A DNA stretch of 60,864 nucleotides, filler included, from Deltaproteobacteria bacterium (lineage in GTDB: Bacteria > CG2-30-53-67): assembly GCA_013151235.1 (NCBI GenBank). It is 5 parts of 5 records of this genome, joined end to end, with 100 filler letters (N's around TTAATTAATTAA, not from the genome) between each part and the next. Parts side by side here need not be neighbours in the genome. Positions count along the whole stretch, not along the records: positions 1 to 30,504 come from JAADIO010000027.1; 4 more parts are not named here. One strand, 5' to 3'. Within the stretch, counting starts at the first letter, position 1, and every line of letters starts with the position of its first letter. Of the stretch, positions 10,024-19,636 are shown piece after piece. A program made the position numbers and the translations under genes. The notes under the pieces are model-generated. The model did no database searches. It was not told the origin of the DNA and worked only from the letters and a program-made list of their open reading frames with translations.

Positions 10024-10487
10024 AGCAATTGATCGGCCGGAAGGCCCTGACCACGCGCCTTGATGCCGCCGTCGGCTGGGCCCGGAAGTATTCCCTCTTT
10101 CAGTATCCCTTCGCCACGGCCTGCTGCTCCATGGAGTACATGTCCGTGGCCTGCGCCCATTATGACATCGACCGTTTCGGCGCCGGGCTTCCTCGCTGGT
10201 CACCCCGCCAGGCCGACCTTCTCATGGTGGTCGGGACCGTCAGTCACAAACTGGCTCCGATCCTCCGGCAGGTTTACGACCAGATGTGCAATCCCAAGTG
10301 GGTCTTCTCCTTCGGGGTCTGCGCGACCTCCGGCGGGTTTTACAACAACTATGCAACGGTGCAGGGGATCGATACGATCCTTCCCGTCGATATCTATGTG
10401 GCCGGATGTCCCCCCCGTCCCGAGGCGGTACTGGACGGACTGATCAAATTGCAGGAAAAGATCCGGAACGAAAAACAACAATACTGA
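10014..10487 (+). CDS. nuoB: NADH-quinone oxidoreductase subunit B
   Basis: TACCSME, SPRQADL, GVCATSGG, YVAGCPPRPE. Confidence 0.95.
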   Translation: MGIEQLIGRKALTTRLDAAVGWARKYSLFQYPFATACCSMEYMSVACAHYDIDRFGAGLPRWSPRQADLLMVVGTVSHKLAPILRQVYDQMCNPKWVFSFGVCATSGGFYNNYATVQGIDTILPVDIYVAGCPPRPEAVLDGLIKLQEKIRNEKQQY

Positions 10488-10502
10488 TGCCTGCGGACGT
10501 CT

Positions 10503-12227
10503 ATGACGCTGTTTGAGGAAATCACCGAACACTTTTCAGACCCCATTTTCGACCGCCACTCCCGGCTGGGGGATGCGACCGTTATTCTTTCCCGTGACGC
10601 GTTGCCGGGGGTGATCCGGTTTCTGCGCGAAGAGAAACGCTTTGATTTCCTGATGGATCTGACGATCTGTGACGGCGGGATGGAAAAGAGCCCCCGCTTT
10701 GAAGCGGTTTATCATCTCTTCGCCTTTGAACGCAAAGAGCGTCTCCGGCTGAAGGTCCCCGTGGAGGAGTTCGATCCTCATCTTCCGACCCTGACGGGGG
10801 AATACCGCAACGCCGACTGGCTGGAACGGGAGGCCTGGGACATGTTCGGCGTCCGCTTCGACGGCCATCCCGATCTCCGCCGTCTTCTCATGTATCCGGG
10901 CTTCGAGGGACATCCCCTCCGGAAGGACTATCCCAAGGATCGCCGTCAGCCCCGGATCGGGCCGGGGAGCACACCGGCTACGGCCTTCGAACGGGAACCG
11001 GCCCTTCCGGAACGGTTGGGCAAGGCCCTAACTGCGGCGGGCGTGGCCGACCCGGGGGAAGAGATCATGTACCTCAACATGGGGCCTTCCCATCCGGCCA
11101 TGCACGGCGTGGTGCGGGTCATGGCGGCCCTCAAGGGGGAGACGATCACCGCCTCCGATGTCGAGATCGGTTACATGCACCGCTGCTTTGAAAAAGAAGC
11201 CGAGACCCATTCCTACATGGGGGTCATCCCCTATACGGATCGGCTGAACTATGTCTCTCCGCTGATCAATAATGTCGGTTACGTCATGGCGGTGGAAAAA
11301 CTCTTCGGCGTGACCACGCCGGAGCGGTGCCGATACATCCGGGTCATCCTGTCGGAGATCTCACGGATCGTCGATCACCTCACCTGCATCGGCGCCTTCG
11401 CCATGGAATTGGGCGCCTTTACCGTCTTTCTCTACCTGATGAAGGCCCGGGAATCTCTTTACGAACTGATCGGGGAGGTCACCGGGGCCCGGCTGACCAC
11501 CTCCTACACCCGGATCGGCGGACTCCGGGGAGATCTGCCTCCCGGTTTCGACGGGGAATGCCGCGCCGCCTTCCGGAAGATCCGGAAGGACATTTCCGAA
11601 TGTGATCGTCTCCTCACCCGGAACCGGATCTTTTATGACCGGATGCGGGGTGTCGGTGTGATTTCGGCTGCGGATGCGATTTCCTTCGGTTTTACCGGTC
11701 CCTGCCTTCGCGCCTCCGGTGTCTCCCATGATGTTCGGAAGAGTTCCCCCTATCTCATCTATGACCGGCTCGATTTTGAAGTTCCACTCGGAACGGAAGG
11801 GGACAACTACGACCGGTACCTCGTGCGCATTGCCGAGATGGAACAGAGCATGCGGATCGTCGAGCAGGCACTTGCAGACCTTCCGGACGGACCGGTCAAT
11901 CTTGATGACCGACGGATGACCCTGCCGCCCAAAGAGGAGGTCTACAACAGCATCGAAGGTCTGATGAATCATTTCAAATTGATCATGGACGGTCACGGTA
12001 TCCGTCCTCCCGCGGGCGAGGCCTATTTCCCGGTGGAAGGAGGGAACGGGGAACTCGGCTTCTATGTCGTCAGTGACGGGTCGGGGATTCCTGCACGGGT
12101 CCGTGTCCGGGCCCCCTGTTTTCACATGATCTCGGCGCTTTCTTACCTGATCCGGGGACAGATGATCGCCGATGTGGTCCCGATTTTCGGCACTTTGAAC
12201 ATGATTGCCGGGGAGTTGGATCGGTGA
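10503..12227 (+). CDS. nuoCD: Fused NADH-quinone oxidoreductase subunit C/D
   Basis: NuoC motif WLEREAWDMFG...GHPLRKDYP followed by NuoD motifs NMGPSHPAMHG, GYMHRCFEK, GELDR. Confidence 0.93.
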   Translation: MTLFEEITEHFSDPIFDRHSRLGDATVILSRDALPGVIRFLREEKRFDFLMDLTICDGGMEKSPRFEAVYHLFAFERKERLRLKVPVEEFDPHLPTLTGEYRNADWLEREAWDMFGVRFDGHPDLRRLLMYPGFEGHPLRKDYPKDRRQPRIGPGSTPATAFEREPALPERLGKALTAAGVADPGEEIMYLNMGPSHPAMHGVVRVMAALKGETITASDVEIGYMHRCFEKEAETHSYMGVIPYTDRLNYVSPLINNVGYVMAVEKLFGVTTPERCRYIRVILSEISRIVDHLTCIGAFAMELGAFTVFLYLMKARESLYELIGEVTGARLTTSYTRIGGLRGDLPPGFDGECRAAFRKIRKDISECDRLLTRNRIFYDRMRGVGVISAADAISFGFTGPCLRASGVSHDVRKSSPYLIYDRLDFEVPLGTEGDNYDRYLVRIAEMEQSMRIVEQALADLPDGPVNLDDRRMTLPPKEEVYNSIEGLMNHFKLIMDGHGIRPPAGEAYFPVEGGNGELGFYVVSDGSGIPARVRVRAPCFHMISALSYLIRGQMIADVVPIFGTLNMIAGELDR

Positions 12228-12274
12228 GGGTGGAAATTAGAAAATAAAACTGGAAATTTGAGAGTTCAAAGGCG

Positions 12275-12515
12275 AAAGGCATTCACCGTGAAGGGCATGA
12301 AGGGATTGAAGTAAAATCAAGATCAAAAGCATTCACCACGGAGTACACCGAGATCACAAAAGATGGAAAAGGCAAGATCGGAAGCGAAAAGCATTTAACC
12401 ACGGGGAACACGGGGCGTCACGGGGAAGGCAAAAACCTGAAACCCATCTCTCGCAGAGCATGCGAAGGGCGCAGAGAAAGGCAAGGGGCGGAGACACAAA
12501 GCACAGAGGAAAAGC
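12275..12515 (+). repeat. Purine-rich degenerate repeat cluster between nuoCD and nuoE
   Basis: About four units, each led by aaaagcattcacc-like sequence and containing 9-bp submotifs, e.g. ccacggggaacacggggcgtcacgggga. Confidence 0.6.
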
Positions 12516-12643
12516 CAAAAATGAAAATGTAAGATCAACATCTGCGTAAGGGGGCGAACTCTTTTGTAGCGCCCCGGTTGATCCGGCGCAGTGGTTTCCA
12601 CACGCCCCCGAAGCCGAGCATTAAGGAACCGGAAAGAGGATGT

Positions 12644-13108
12644 ATGAATTTTCAGCTAAGCGAAGAAGAGGTTCAACAGATTCTTGCCCGCTACCCGCAC
12701 CCTTCAGCGGCCCTCCTGCCGATGCTCCGCCTGATCCAGGGGCGGATCGGCTATATTCCGCCCGGGGCGGAGGTCTATGCCGCGGAGACCCTCGGGGTCG
12801 ATCCGGTCCGGGTTCATGAGGTCGTGACCTTTTACAGCGCCTTCCGGGAAAAGCCGGCCGGACGGTACCTGATCCTGGTCTGCGAAAGTATCTCCTGTTC
12901 CCTTTCCGGCGGGGAGAATATCCTCTCTTTTCTGAAAGATTATCTGAAACTCGACGTTGGTGAGACCACGGAGGATCGGCGCTTCACGCTTGAGACCACG
13001 GAGTGTCTCGCACAGTGCGAACGTTCCCCCGCGGTGATGATCAACGGGGAGATCCATGCGCCGGCGACGCCGGATGAAGTAGAGAAAATTCTGTCGGAGC
13101 TTGCATAG
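12644..13108 (+). CDS. nuoE: NADH-quinone oxidoreductase subunit E
   Basis: EVVTFYS, VCESISC, ECLAQC...P...ING 2Fe-2S ligands. Confidence 0.93.
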   Translation: MNFQLSEEEVQQILARYPHPSAALLPMLRLIQGRIGYIPPGAEVYAAETLGVDPVRVHEVVTFYSAFREKPAGRYLILVCESISCSLSGGENILSFLKDYLKLDVGETTEDRRFTLETTECLAQCERSPAVMINGEIHAPATPDEVEKILSELA

Positions 13109-14359
13109 ATGTCCATAAAACTGGTCACCAGGAATTTTGACCGACCGGATTCGCATACCCTGCGAGTCTACCGGGAAGGAGGGGGATACGAGACCCTGCG
13201 GAAGGTTCTTGCAACCCGGACACCGCAAGAGGTGGTGGAGGAGGTGAAACGATCCAATCTCCGCGGCCGGGGCGGGGCCGGTTTTCCGACGGGGATGAAG
13301 TGGAGCTTTGTCCCTCGGGAGACAGGAAAGCCCGTCTATCTCTGCGTCAATGCCGATGAAGGGGAACCGGGGACCTTCAAGGACCGCTTTATCCTGGAGC
13401 AGGATCCTCACATGCTGTTGGAAGGGATCGGGATTGCCGCTTATGCCATCGGCGCACGTTACGCCTATCTCTATCTTCGGGGAGAGTTCGTCGAGGCCGG
13501 CCGCCGGGTGGAGGATGCCATTGCCGAGGCCTGTGAGGCGGGCCTGCTCGGTTCCGATCTCCCGGACAGTAAATTCTCCCTTGATCTCTATGTTCACTAC
13601 GGCGCCGGGGCCTATATCTGCGGAGAAGAGACGGCCCTTTTAGAATCAATCGAGGGGAAGAAGGGATGGCCGAGGGTCCGTCCTCCATTTCCTGCCGTGA
13701 AAGGGCTTTTCGGTTCTCCCACCGTGATCAACAACGTGGAGACCCTAGCCAAGGTGCCTCATATCCTGGAGAAGGGGGCGGCCTGGTTTTCCGCCCTCGG
13801 GACGGAGAAAAGCGGTGGAACCAAGCTCTTTCCCGTCAGCGGCAAGGTCAACCGTCCCGGACTCTATGAGTATCCTCTCGGCACACCCCTCCGGACGATC
13901 ATTGATGAGGGGGCGGGGGGTGTCAGTGCCGGGAAAAAGATCAAGGGAGTCATCCCCGGCGGGGCCTCCTGCCCGGTCCTGACCGCCGATGAGATTGACG
14001 TTCCCATGGATTATGACGCCCTGGCCAAGGTCGGTTCCATGCTCGGTTCCGGGGCGATCATTGTTCTCGATGAAGAGACCTCCATGTTAAAGACCCTGCT
14101 GAACCTGGAACGGTTTTTTGCCCATGAGTCATGCGGGCAGTGCACCCCCTGCCGGGAGGGGACCCGCTGGATCGTGCAGGTCCTGGAGCGGATTGCGGCG
14201 GGAAAGGGGGCACCGGAGGATCCGGATCTTCTCCTCGATATTGCCGCCCACATGGCGGGCCGGACGCTCTGTCCGTTGGGGGATGCCGCCGCCGGACCGG
14301 TGCGGAGTTTTGTGACGAAGTTCCGTGAGGAGTTCCTGGACCCGTTGAACAGCATGTAA
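13109..14359 (+). CDS. nuoF: NADH-quinone oxidoreductase subunit F
   Basis: LRGRGGAGFPTG.KW, NADEGEPGTFKDR, GAYICGEETAL, ESCGQCTPCREG. Confidence 0.96.
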   Translation: MSIKLVTRNFDRPDSHTLRVYREGGGYETLRKVLATRTPQEVVEEVKRSNLRGRGGAGFPTGMKWSFVPRETGKPVYLCVNADEGEPGTFKDRFILEQDPHMLLEGIGIAAYAIGARYAYLYLRGEFVEAGRRVEDAIAEACEAGLLGSDLPDSKFSLDLYVHYGAGAYICGEETALLESIEGKKGWPRVRPPFPAVKGLFGSPTVINNVETLAKVPHILEKGAAWFSALGTEKSGGTKLFPVSGKVNRPGLYEYPLGTPLRTIIDEGAGGVSAGKKIKGVIPGGASCPVLTADEIDVPMDYDALAKVGSMLGSGAIIVLDEETSMLKTLLNLERFFAHESCGQCTPCREGTRWIVQVLERIAAGKGAPEDPDLLLDIAAHMAGRTLCPLGDAAAGPVRSFVTKFREEFLDPLNSM

Positions 14360-14458
14360 CCACGACACGAAGTTGATGAAACGGGCGAAGATCAAAGACA
14401 AAAACCGAAAAACATTGCACCACGGGGAACACGGGGTGTCACGGGGAAATACAAATGA
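14358..14458 (+). repeat. Second copy of the nuo intergenic repeat family (nuoF-nuoG)
   Basis: ccacggggaacacggggtgtcacggggaa differs by one base from the copy at about 12399-12427. Confidence 0.65.
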
Positions 14459-14502
14459 TAAAAAAGTCAAAGTGCATGTCAATTCGAAGGCAGGATTCAT
14501 AA

Positions 14503-16053
14503 ATGCCCACCTTAATGATCGATGACCGAAAGATTACCGTGGAACCGGGGACGACGGTCATGCAGGCGGCCGACCGGCTGGGGATTTTTATCCCCCGTTT
14601 CTGTTATCACCCCGGACTTTCCGCCGTCGGGAGTTGCCGGATGTGTATGGTGGAGGTCGAAAAGATTCCCAAGCTCCAGACCGCCTGTACCACGCCGGTA
14701 GTGGAGGGGATGGTGGTTCATACCTACACGGAACAGGTGATGGACGCCCGGAGGTCCGTTCTCGAATTTCTTCTGATCAATCATCCTCTTGATTGCCCGA
14801 TCTGCGATAAGGCCGGGGAGTGTTATCTTCAGGACGACTACATGGAATATGCACGTTATACCCCCCGGTACAAAGAGACCCGGTGGAAAAAACGAAAGGT
14901 CCATATTTTGGGGCCGACGATCGTGATGGATGAGGAGCGGTGTGTCCTCTGTTCCCGGTGCGTCCGCTTCCTTCAGGAGGTGACGGGGAAACAGAGACTG
15001 GGTATTTTTGAACGGGGCGCCCGCTCCGTCCTCTCCACTTTTCCCGGTCAGACCCTGACCGATCCCTATTGTGGGAACATCGTCGACCTCTGTCCCGTGG
15101 GGGCGTTGACGGACCGGACATTCCGTTTCCAACAGCGGGTCTGGATGTTGCGCCGGGGAGAATCGATCTGTCCTTACTGTGCCCGGGGGTGCAATATTGC
15201 CGTTGACTATAATGAACGGAGCGACGTCCAGATCAACGACCGTCGTGTCTACCGGTTCCGACCCCGTTTCAACCCGAAGGTCAACGGGCACTGGATCTGT
15301 GACCGGGGACGGTACGCTTACCGGTTCATAGACGATGCACGCCGACTTCGGGAACCGATGCTGCGGGAGGGCAAAAGACTTGTCCCCTCCGGATGGGAGC
15401 GGACTCTCAAACGGGTTGCCCGGCGGATCCGGGAGGTTCTCGATACTTTTGGTCCGGAGGGGATGGGGCTGATCCTGCTCCCCTCCGTGACGATCGGGAC
15501 GGCCCGCCGGGTACGGAAACTCTTTGTCGATGATCTCGGTCTGACCCGGATTGCGACCGGACCTTCTATCGATCCCGAGGCCGATGAGGATTCGATCCTT
15601 CTGCGGCGGGACCGTTTTCCGAACCGGGGCGGACTTGTCGCTGCGGGTTTTCCTGATGGGGATCCGGGAGCGGTCACCGAAGGGGTCCTGAGGGGATGGG
15701 CGACGGGCAAGATCAAGCTCCTCTACGTTATCGGAGACGATCTGCCCCGTTTTTTTGAGGAGACCTCCTCTTTTTCCATCCCCTCTGCCGGGGGAATCCT
15801 GATCCTGCAACGAAGCATGGAAGGTCCGGAGGATGACTTTGCCCGGATGCTCCTCCCTTCGGCCATGACGGCGGAGACGGCAGGGAGTTTCGTCAATTTT
15901 GAAGGGGAGGAGCAGACCTTCTCTGCGGTCCTGCCTCCTCTGGAGGAGGCCCTCCCCGATGAAGAGATTCTGGGGCGGTTATCCCTGCTCCTCGGACTGA
16001 AAGGGGAAGAGGCGTGCCGGCATGAAAATTCGGTTGAGGAGGAGCAGGGATGA
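14503..16053 (+). CDS. nuoG: NADH-quinone oxidoreductase subunit G (short form, 516 aa)
   Basis: IPRFCYHPGLS..GSCRMC, NHPLDCPICDKAGEC.LQD, RCVLCSRC, DLCPVGAL, ICPYCARGC. Confidence 0.9.
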   Translation: MPTLMIDDRKITVEPGTTVMQAADRLGIFIPRFCYHPGLSAVGSCRMCMVEVEKIPKLQTACTTPVVEGMVVHTYTEQVMDARRSVLEFLLINHPLDCPICDKAGECYLQDDYMEYARYTPRYKETRWKKRKVHILGPTIVMDEERCVLCSRCVRFLQEVTGKQRLGIFERGARSVLSTFPGQTLTDPYCGNIVDLCPVGALTDRTFRFQQRVWMLRRGESICPYCARGCNIAVDYNERSDVQINDRRVYRFRPRFNPKVNGHWICDRGRYAYRFIDDARRLREPMLREGKRLVPSGWERTLKRVARRIREVLDTFGPEGMGLILLPSVTIGTARRVRKLFVDDLGLTRIATGPSIDPEADEDSILLRRDRFPNRGGLVAAGFPDGDPGAVTEGVLRGWATGKIKLLYVIGDDLPRFFEETSSFSIPSAGGILILQRSMEGPEDDFARMLLPSAMTAETAGSFVNFEGEEQTFSAVLPPLEEALPDEEILGRLSLLLGLKGEEACRHENSVEEEQG

Positions 16054-17129
16054 CGGTGTTGATCCTCCTGGCCAAGATCTTTATCATGATCGGTTTTCTC
16101 ATGACCATGGCTGTTCTGCTCACCTGGGTGGAACGGAAGCAGAGTGCACTCATGCAGGATCGGATCGGCGCCAACCGGGCCGACATCTTCGGGTTTCGTA
16201 TGCTCGGTCTCTTCCATCCCCTGGCCGATGCGATCAAACTGCTGACCAAGGAGGATTTTATCCCCCCGTCGGGGGATCGTTTTCTGCACACCCTCGCCCC
16301 CTGGATCGCCTTTACGACGGCCCTAGCCGCCTTTGCCGTGATCCCCTTCGGGCCGCCGGTTCATCTCTTCGGCCGGGAGATCACCCTGCAGGTGGCCGAC
16401 CCGCCCATCGGGATTCTCTTCGTCTTTGTCATCACGGGGCTTTCCATCTACGGTGTCGTACTGGCCGGCTGGGCATCGGGAAACCGTTACGGTTTGTTGG
16501 GTGCCCTGCGGGGCGCTGCCCAGACGATCTCTTATGAGGTCTCCATGGGGCTTTCCGTTATCGGTTTGTTGATGGTCTTCGGTTCTCTCAGTCCGGCCGC
16601 GATCTCCGAGGCGCAGGGCGGGTTACTCTTCGGCGTTTTTCCCCGGTGGGGGATCCTGGTCCAGCCCATAGGTTTCCTGATCTTTTTTACCGCCGCCATC
16701 GCAGAGACGAAGCGGATCCCCTTTGATCTTCCCGAAGGGGAATCGGAGATCATCGGCTTCTTTGTCGAATACAGCGGGATGAAGTTCGGGATGATGTGGT
16801 TGGGCGAGTTCGTCGAGATTGTTGTCATGTCGGGACTCATTGCGGTCCTCTTCTTCGGTGGATGGCAGGTTCCTTATCTGACGCCGGCCGGCTTTCTTTT
16901 CCCGGGCGGGGGATCCATCGCCCTTCCGGAAGGCATTGTCCTGGGGTTGCAGATTGGCGCATTCTTGGGGAAGGTGGTCTTCTTCTGCTGGTTTCAGATG
17001 CTTGTGCGCTGGACCCTGCCCCGGTTCCGGTACGACCAGTTGATGCGACTCGGATGGAAGGTACTTCTGCCGTTGTCGCTTCTCAATATCCTGGTTACCG
17101 GCATGGTTCTGCTGACATGGGGTGCGTGA
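16050..17129 (+). CDS. nuoH: NADH-quinone oxidoreductase subunit H
   Basis: ERK..A.MQDRIGANR, ADAIKLLTKED, PFDLPEGESE, RWTLPRFRYDQLM. Confidence 0.96.
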   Translation: MTVLILLAKIFIMIGFLMTMAVLLTWVERKQSALMQDRIGANRADIFGFRMLGLFHPLADAIKLLTKEDFIPPSGDRFLHTLAPWIAFTTALAAFAVIPFGPPVHLFGREITLQVADPPIGILFVFVITGLSIYGVVLAGWASGNRYGLLGALRGAAQTISYEVSMGLSVIGLLMVFGSLSPAAISEAQGGLLFGVFPRWGILVQPIGFLIFFTAAIAETKRIPFDLPEGESEIIGFFVEYSGMKFGMMWLGEFVEIVVMSGLIAVLFFGGWQVPYLTPAGFLFPGGGSIALPEGIVLGLQIGAFLGKVVFFCWFQMLVRWTLPRFRYDQLMRLGWKVLLPLSLLNILVTGMVLLTWGA

Positions 17130-17130
17130 A

Positions 17131-17661
17131 ATGAAGAAGGATCGAATTTCTCAAAAACGATTGAACTTTCCGGAGCGGCTCTATCTTGCAGAGATTCTCA
17201 GGGGCTTATGGATCACGGGGAAGCACTTCTTCCGGAATTTCCTGATGCATATCGGCCGGGCGTTGGGTGTGGTGAAGAAGCGCCGGGGGGCGGTGACGAT
17301 CCAGTACCCGGAAGAGTGCAGACCGATCCCCGCAGGCTACCGGGCGCGGCACCGTCTGCTGCGGCGGGAAGACGGGAGCCCGAAATGTGTCGCCTGCATG
17401 ATGTGTCCGACCATCTGTCCGGCCAACTGTATTCACATCCGGGCGGCGGAGAGCCCGGACCCGACGATCGAAAAATATCCCGTCGAATTCAGGATCAACC
17501 TTGACCGGTGCGTCATGTGCGGATTTTGTGTGGAGGCCTGTCCCGTGGACGCCATCCGGATGGACACGGGCGTGGTCGAGATGTCCGCTTCCGACCGGGA
17601 GGAATTCGTTACCGTCCTCGATTTCCTGCTCGATTCAAAGCCTGCGAAGAACCCTGTGTAG
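17131..17661 (+). CDS. nuoI: NADH-quinone oxidoreductase subunit I
   Basis: TIQYPEE, CVACMMCPTICP, CVMCGFCVEACP. Confidence 0.94.
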   Translation: MKKDRISQKRLNFPERLYLAEILRGLWITGKHFFRNFLMHIGRALGVVKKRRGAVTIQYPEECRPIPAGYRARHRLLRREDGSPKCVACMMCPTICPANCIHIRAAESPDPTIEKYPVEFRINLDRCVMCGFCVEACPVDAIRMDTGVVEMSASDREEFVTVLDFLLDSKPAKNPV

Positions 17662-17785
17662 TGCCGAACATGGAATGAAAGATCCGGCTTTCGTCCGGCG
17701 CGTTTCAATCGAGCTCTCAAAATGCGGGATCCGGAGGCTCCCTCTTTCACTTGCAAAGCCCGCCGCCTTTCACTACTATAAAAGC

Positions 17786-18556
17786 ATGAAACGAAAGGGA
17801 AAGGGAGTTCCGCTGACACTCCTGCAGATGGATACGTCAAAGGATGGAGGTGGCTGCGTAGACCGGGTGTTGCACACGCTCGGTTCGATCGTCCGGAAGA
17901 AGGGAGGGATTGTTCTTCTGCCGGAGATCTGGTCCGGTGATTTTGCCTGGCCGGAGATTGAGGCCACAGCCCACAAGACACCGGCGATTCTCAAAGAACT
18001 CTGCCGTATCAGCCGGGACCACTCCTCACTCATCGTCGGTTCCCTTCCGGAGCGAAGGGGAGAGCATCTCCTGAACACCGCCTTCCTCGTTGAAGACGGC
18101 AGGGTTCTCGGTCGTTATGTCAAACAGTATCTCTTCTCTCCGATGGAGGAGGACCGGTACTTTTCCACCCGGCGGAGCCGGAAGGTCTTTGACACGAAGT
18201 ACGGAAAGATCGGCGTGGCGATCTGTTTTGACCTCCGCTTCCCCGAATCCTTCCGGACCTTCCACAGATCGGGGGGATGGCTGATCCTCGTTCCGGCACA
18301 GTGGCCGAAGCCGAGGTGTGCCCATTGGGAGACGCTCCTGGTTGCCCGGGCGATTGAGAACCAGGCTTTTGTGGCCGGGTGCAACCGTGTCGGCAAAACG
18401 GGAAGGACTTCCTTCTGCGGCGGATCGATGATTGTCGACCCGTGGGGAAAGGTTCTTGCCCGGGGGAAGGGGAGACACGGCATGGTCTCTGCTGTTGTCC
18501 ACCCCGGTCGCACGGATGAAGTCCGCAAAAGCATTCCAATGAACGGCATCGGGTGA
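17786..18556 (+). CDS. Carbon-nitrogen hydrolase (nitrilase superfamily)
   Basis: Catalytic E-K-C triad context: LLPEIW, YVKQYLF, ICFDLRFPE; ARAIENQ; start inferred at MKRKGK. Confidence 0.88.
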   Translation: MKRKGKGVPLTLLQMDTSKDGGGCVDRVLHTLGSIVRKKGGIVLLPEIWSGDFAWPEIEATAHKTPAILKELCRISRDHSSLIVGSLPERRGEHLLNTAFLVEDGRVLGRYVKQYLFSPMEEDRYFSTRRSRKVFDTKYGKIGVAICFDLRFPESFRTFHRSGGWLILVPAQWPKPRCAHWETLLVARAIENQAFVAGCNRVGKTGRTSFCGGSMIVDPWGKVLARGKGRHGMVSAVVHPGRTDEVRKSIPMNGIG

Positions 18557-18563
18557 TTGAATT

Positions 18564-19451
18564 ATGGAGCGTATCCTCGCAGAATTTCTCAGCTATATCC
18601 AGGTCGAAAAGGGGTTGGCCGACAATACCTTGATTGCCTACCGGAGGGACCTCAATCATTTCTTTGCTTTCCTGAAAAACGAAAAGATTACGAAGCTTGA
18701 ACAGGTGGACCGTCATGCCGTCCTCTCCTATCAGGTTCGGATCAAGCGGTCGGGGCTCCAGCTCTCCACTGTCCGGCGGCGCATGGTCAGTGTGCGGGCC
18801 TTCTTCCGTTTTTTAATCCTCGAAGGGAAAGCCGTAACCGATCCCACGGAGAATGTCGAAACCCCGAAAGGTTTGCAGCACCTTCCGGAGACCCTGACAC
18901 CTGCCGATGTGGATAAACTCCTTGCATCCCCGGACCCGGCCAACCCCCTCGGCATGCGGGACCGGGCGATGCTGGAACTCCTCTATGCCACGGGACTGCG
19001 GGTCAGTGAACTGGTGGGCCTTCGTCTGGCGGATCTCAATTTAGAGGTGGGCTACCTGGTCACCCTCGGCAAGGGGAGCAAGGAGCGGTTGGTTCCCATG
19101 GGGGATGCCGCGCGGAAGAAGATTGAGGAGTATTTGTCAGCCGGCCGACGGCGCCTGATCAAATTGAAATTTTCGGACATCCTTTTTCCCAACCGTTTCG
19201 GAGACCCGATGAGCCGTCAGGGTTTTTTCAAAATCATCAAAAAATATGCCCTGCGTGCCGGGATCCGGAAGACGATCTCTCCCCATACTCTCCGCCACTC
19301 CTTTGCCAGCCATCTCCTCGAAAACGGCGCCGACCTCCGGTCGGTCCAGATGATGCTCGGCCATGCCGATATCTCCACTACCCAGATCTATACGCATGTC
19401 ACCAGGGAACGGCTGAAAAAGGTCTTCGAAAAACATCATCCGCGGGCATAG
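18564..19451 (+). CDS. xerD: Site-specific tyrosine recombinase XerD
   Basis: RDRAMLELLYATGLRVSEL, GKGSKERLVP, SPHTLRHSFASHLLENGADLRSVQ.MLGHADISTTQIYTHV. Confidence 0.95.
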   Translation: MERILAEFLSYIQVEKGLADNTLIAYRRDLNHFFAFLKNEKITKLEQVDRHAVLSYQVRIKRSGLQLSTVRRRMVSVRAFFRFLILEGKAVTDPTENVETPKGLQHLPETLTPADVDKLLASPDPANPLGMRDRAMLELLYATGLRVSELVGLRLADLNLEVGYLVTLGKGSKERLVPMGDAARKKIEEYLSAGRRRLIKLKFSDILFPNRFGDPMSRQGFFKIIKKYALRAGIRKTISPHTLRHSFASHLLENGADLRSVQMMLGHADISTTQIYTHVTRERLKKVFEKHHPRA

Positions 19452-19636
19452 TGTTTCATCAAACACTTGTTTGTTCCCGAAAAATCGGTTTGTATGGTGG
19501 CGGAAAGGACCGAATTAAAGTGCTTTTTCCCTGATCCGGGAAAAACATCTAAAGTATGGGATATTATTTACCGATATCATTCATTGTTCACGTTAGATAA
19601 GTTCTTTCGTTCAGGTCATAAATGAGGAGGAAGACC

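Noticed and set aside
12275-12515. Possible CRISPR array in the nuoCD-nuoE gap
   Set aside because: The units are degenerate, the would-be spacers are low-complexity A-rich linkers, and it is on a different contig from the cas genes.
18564-19451. Prophage or island integrase
   Set aside because: The sequence is typical housekeeping XerD and no phage genes or att repeats flank it.
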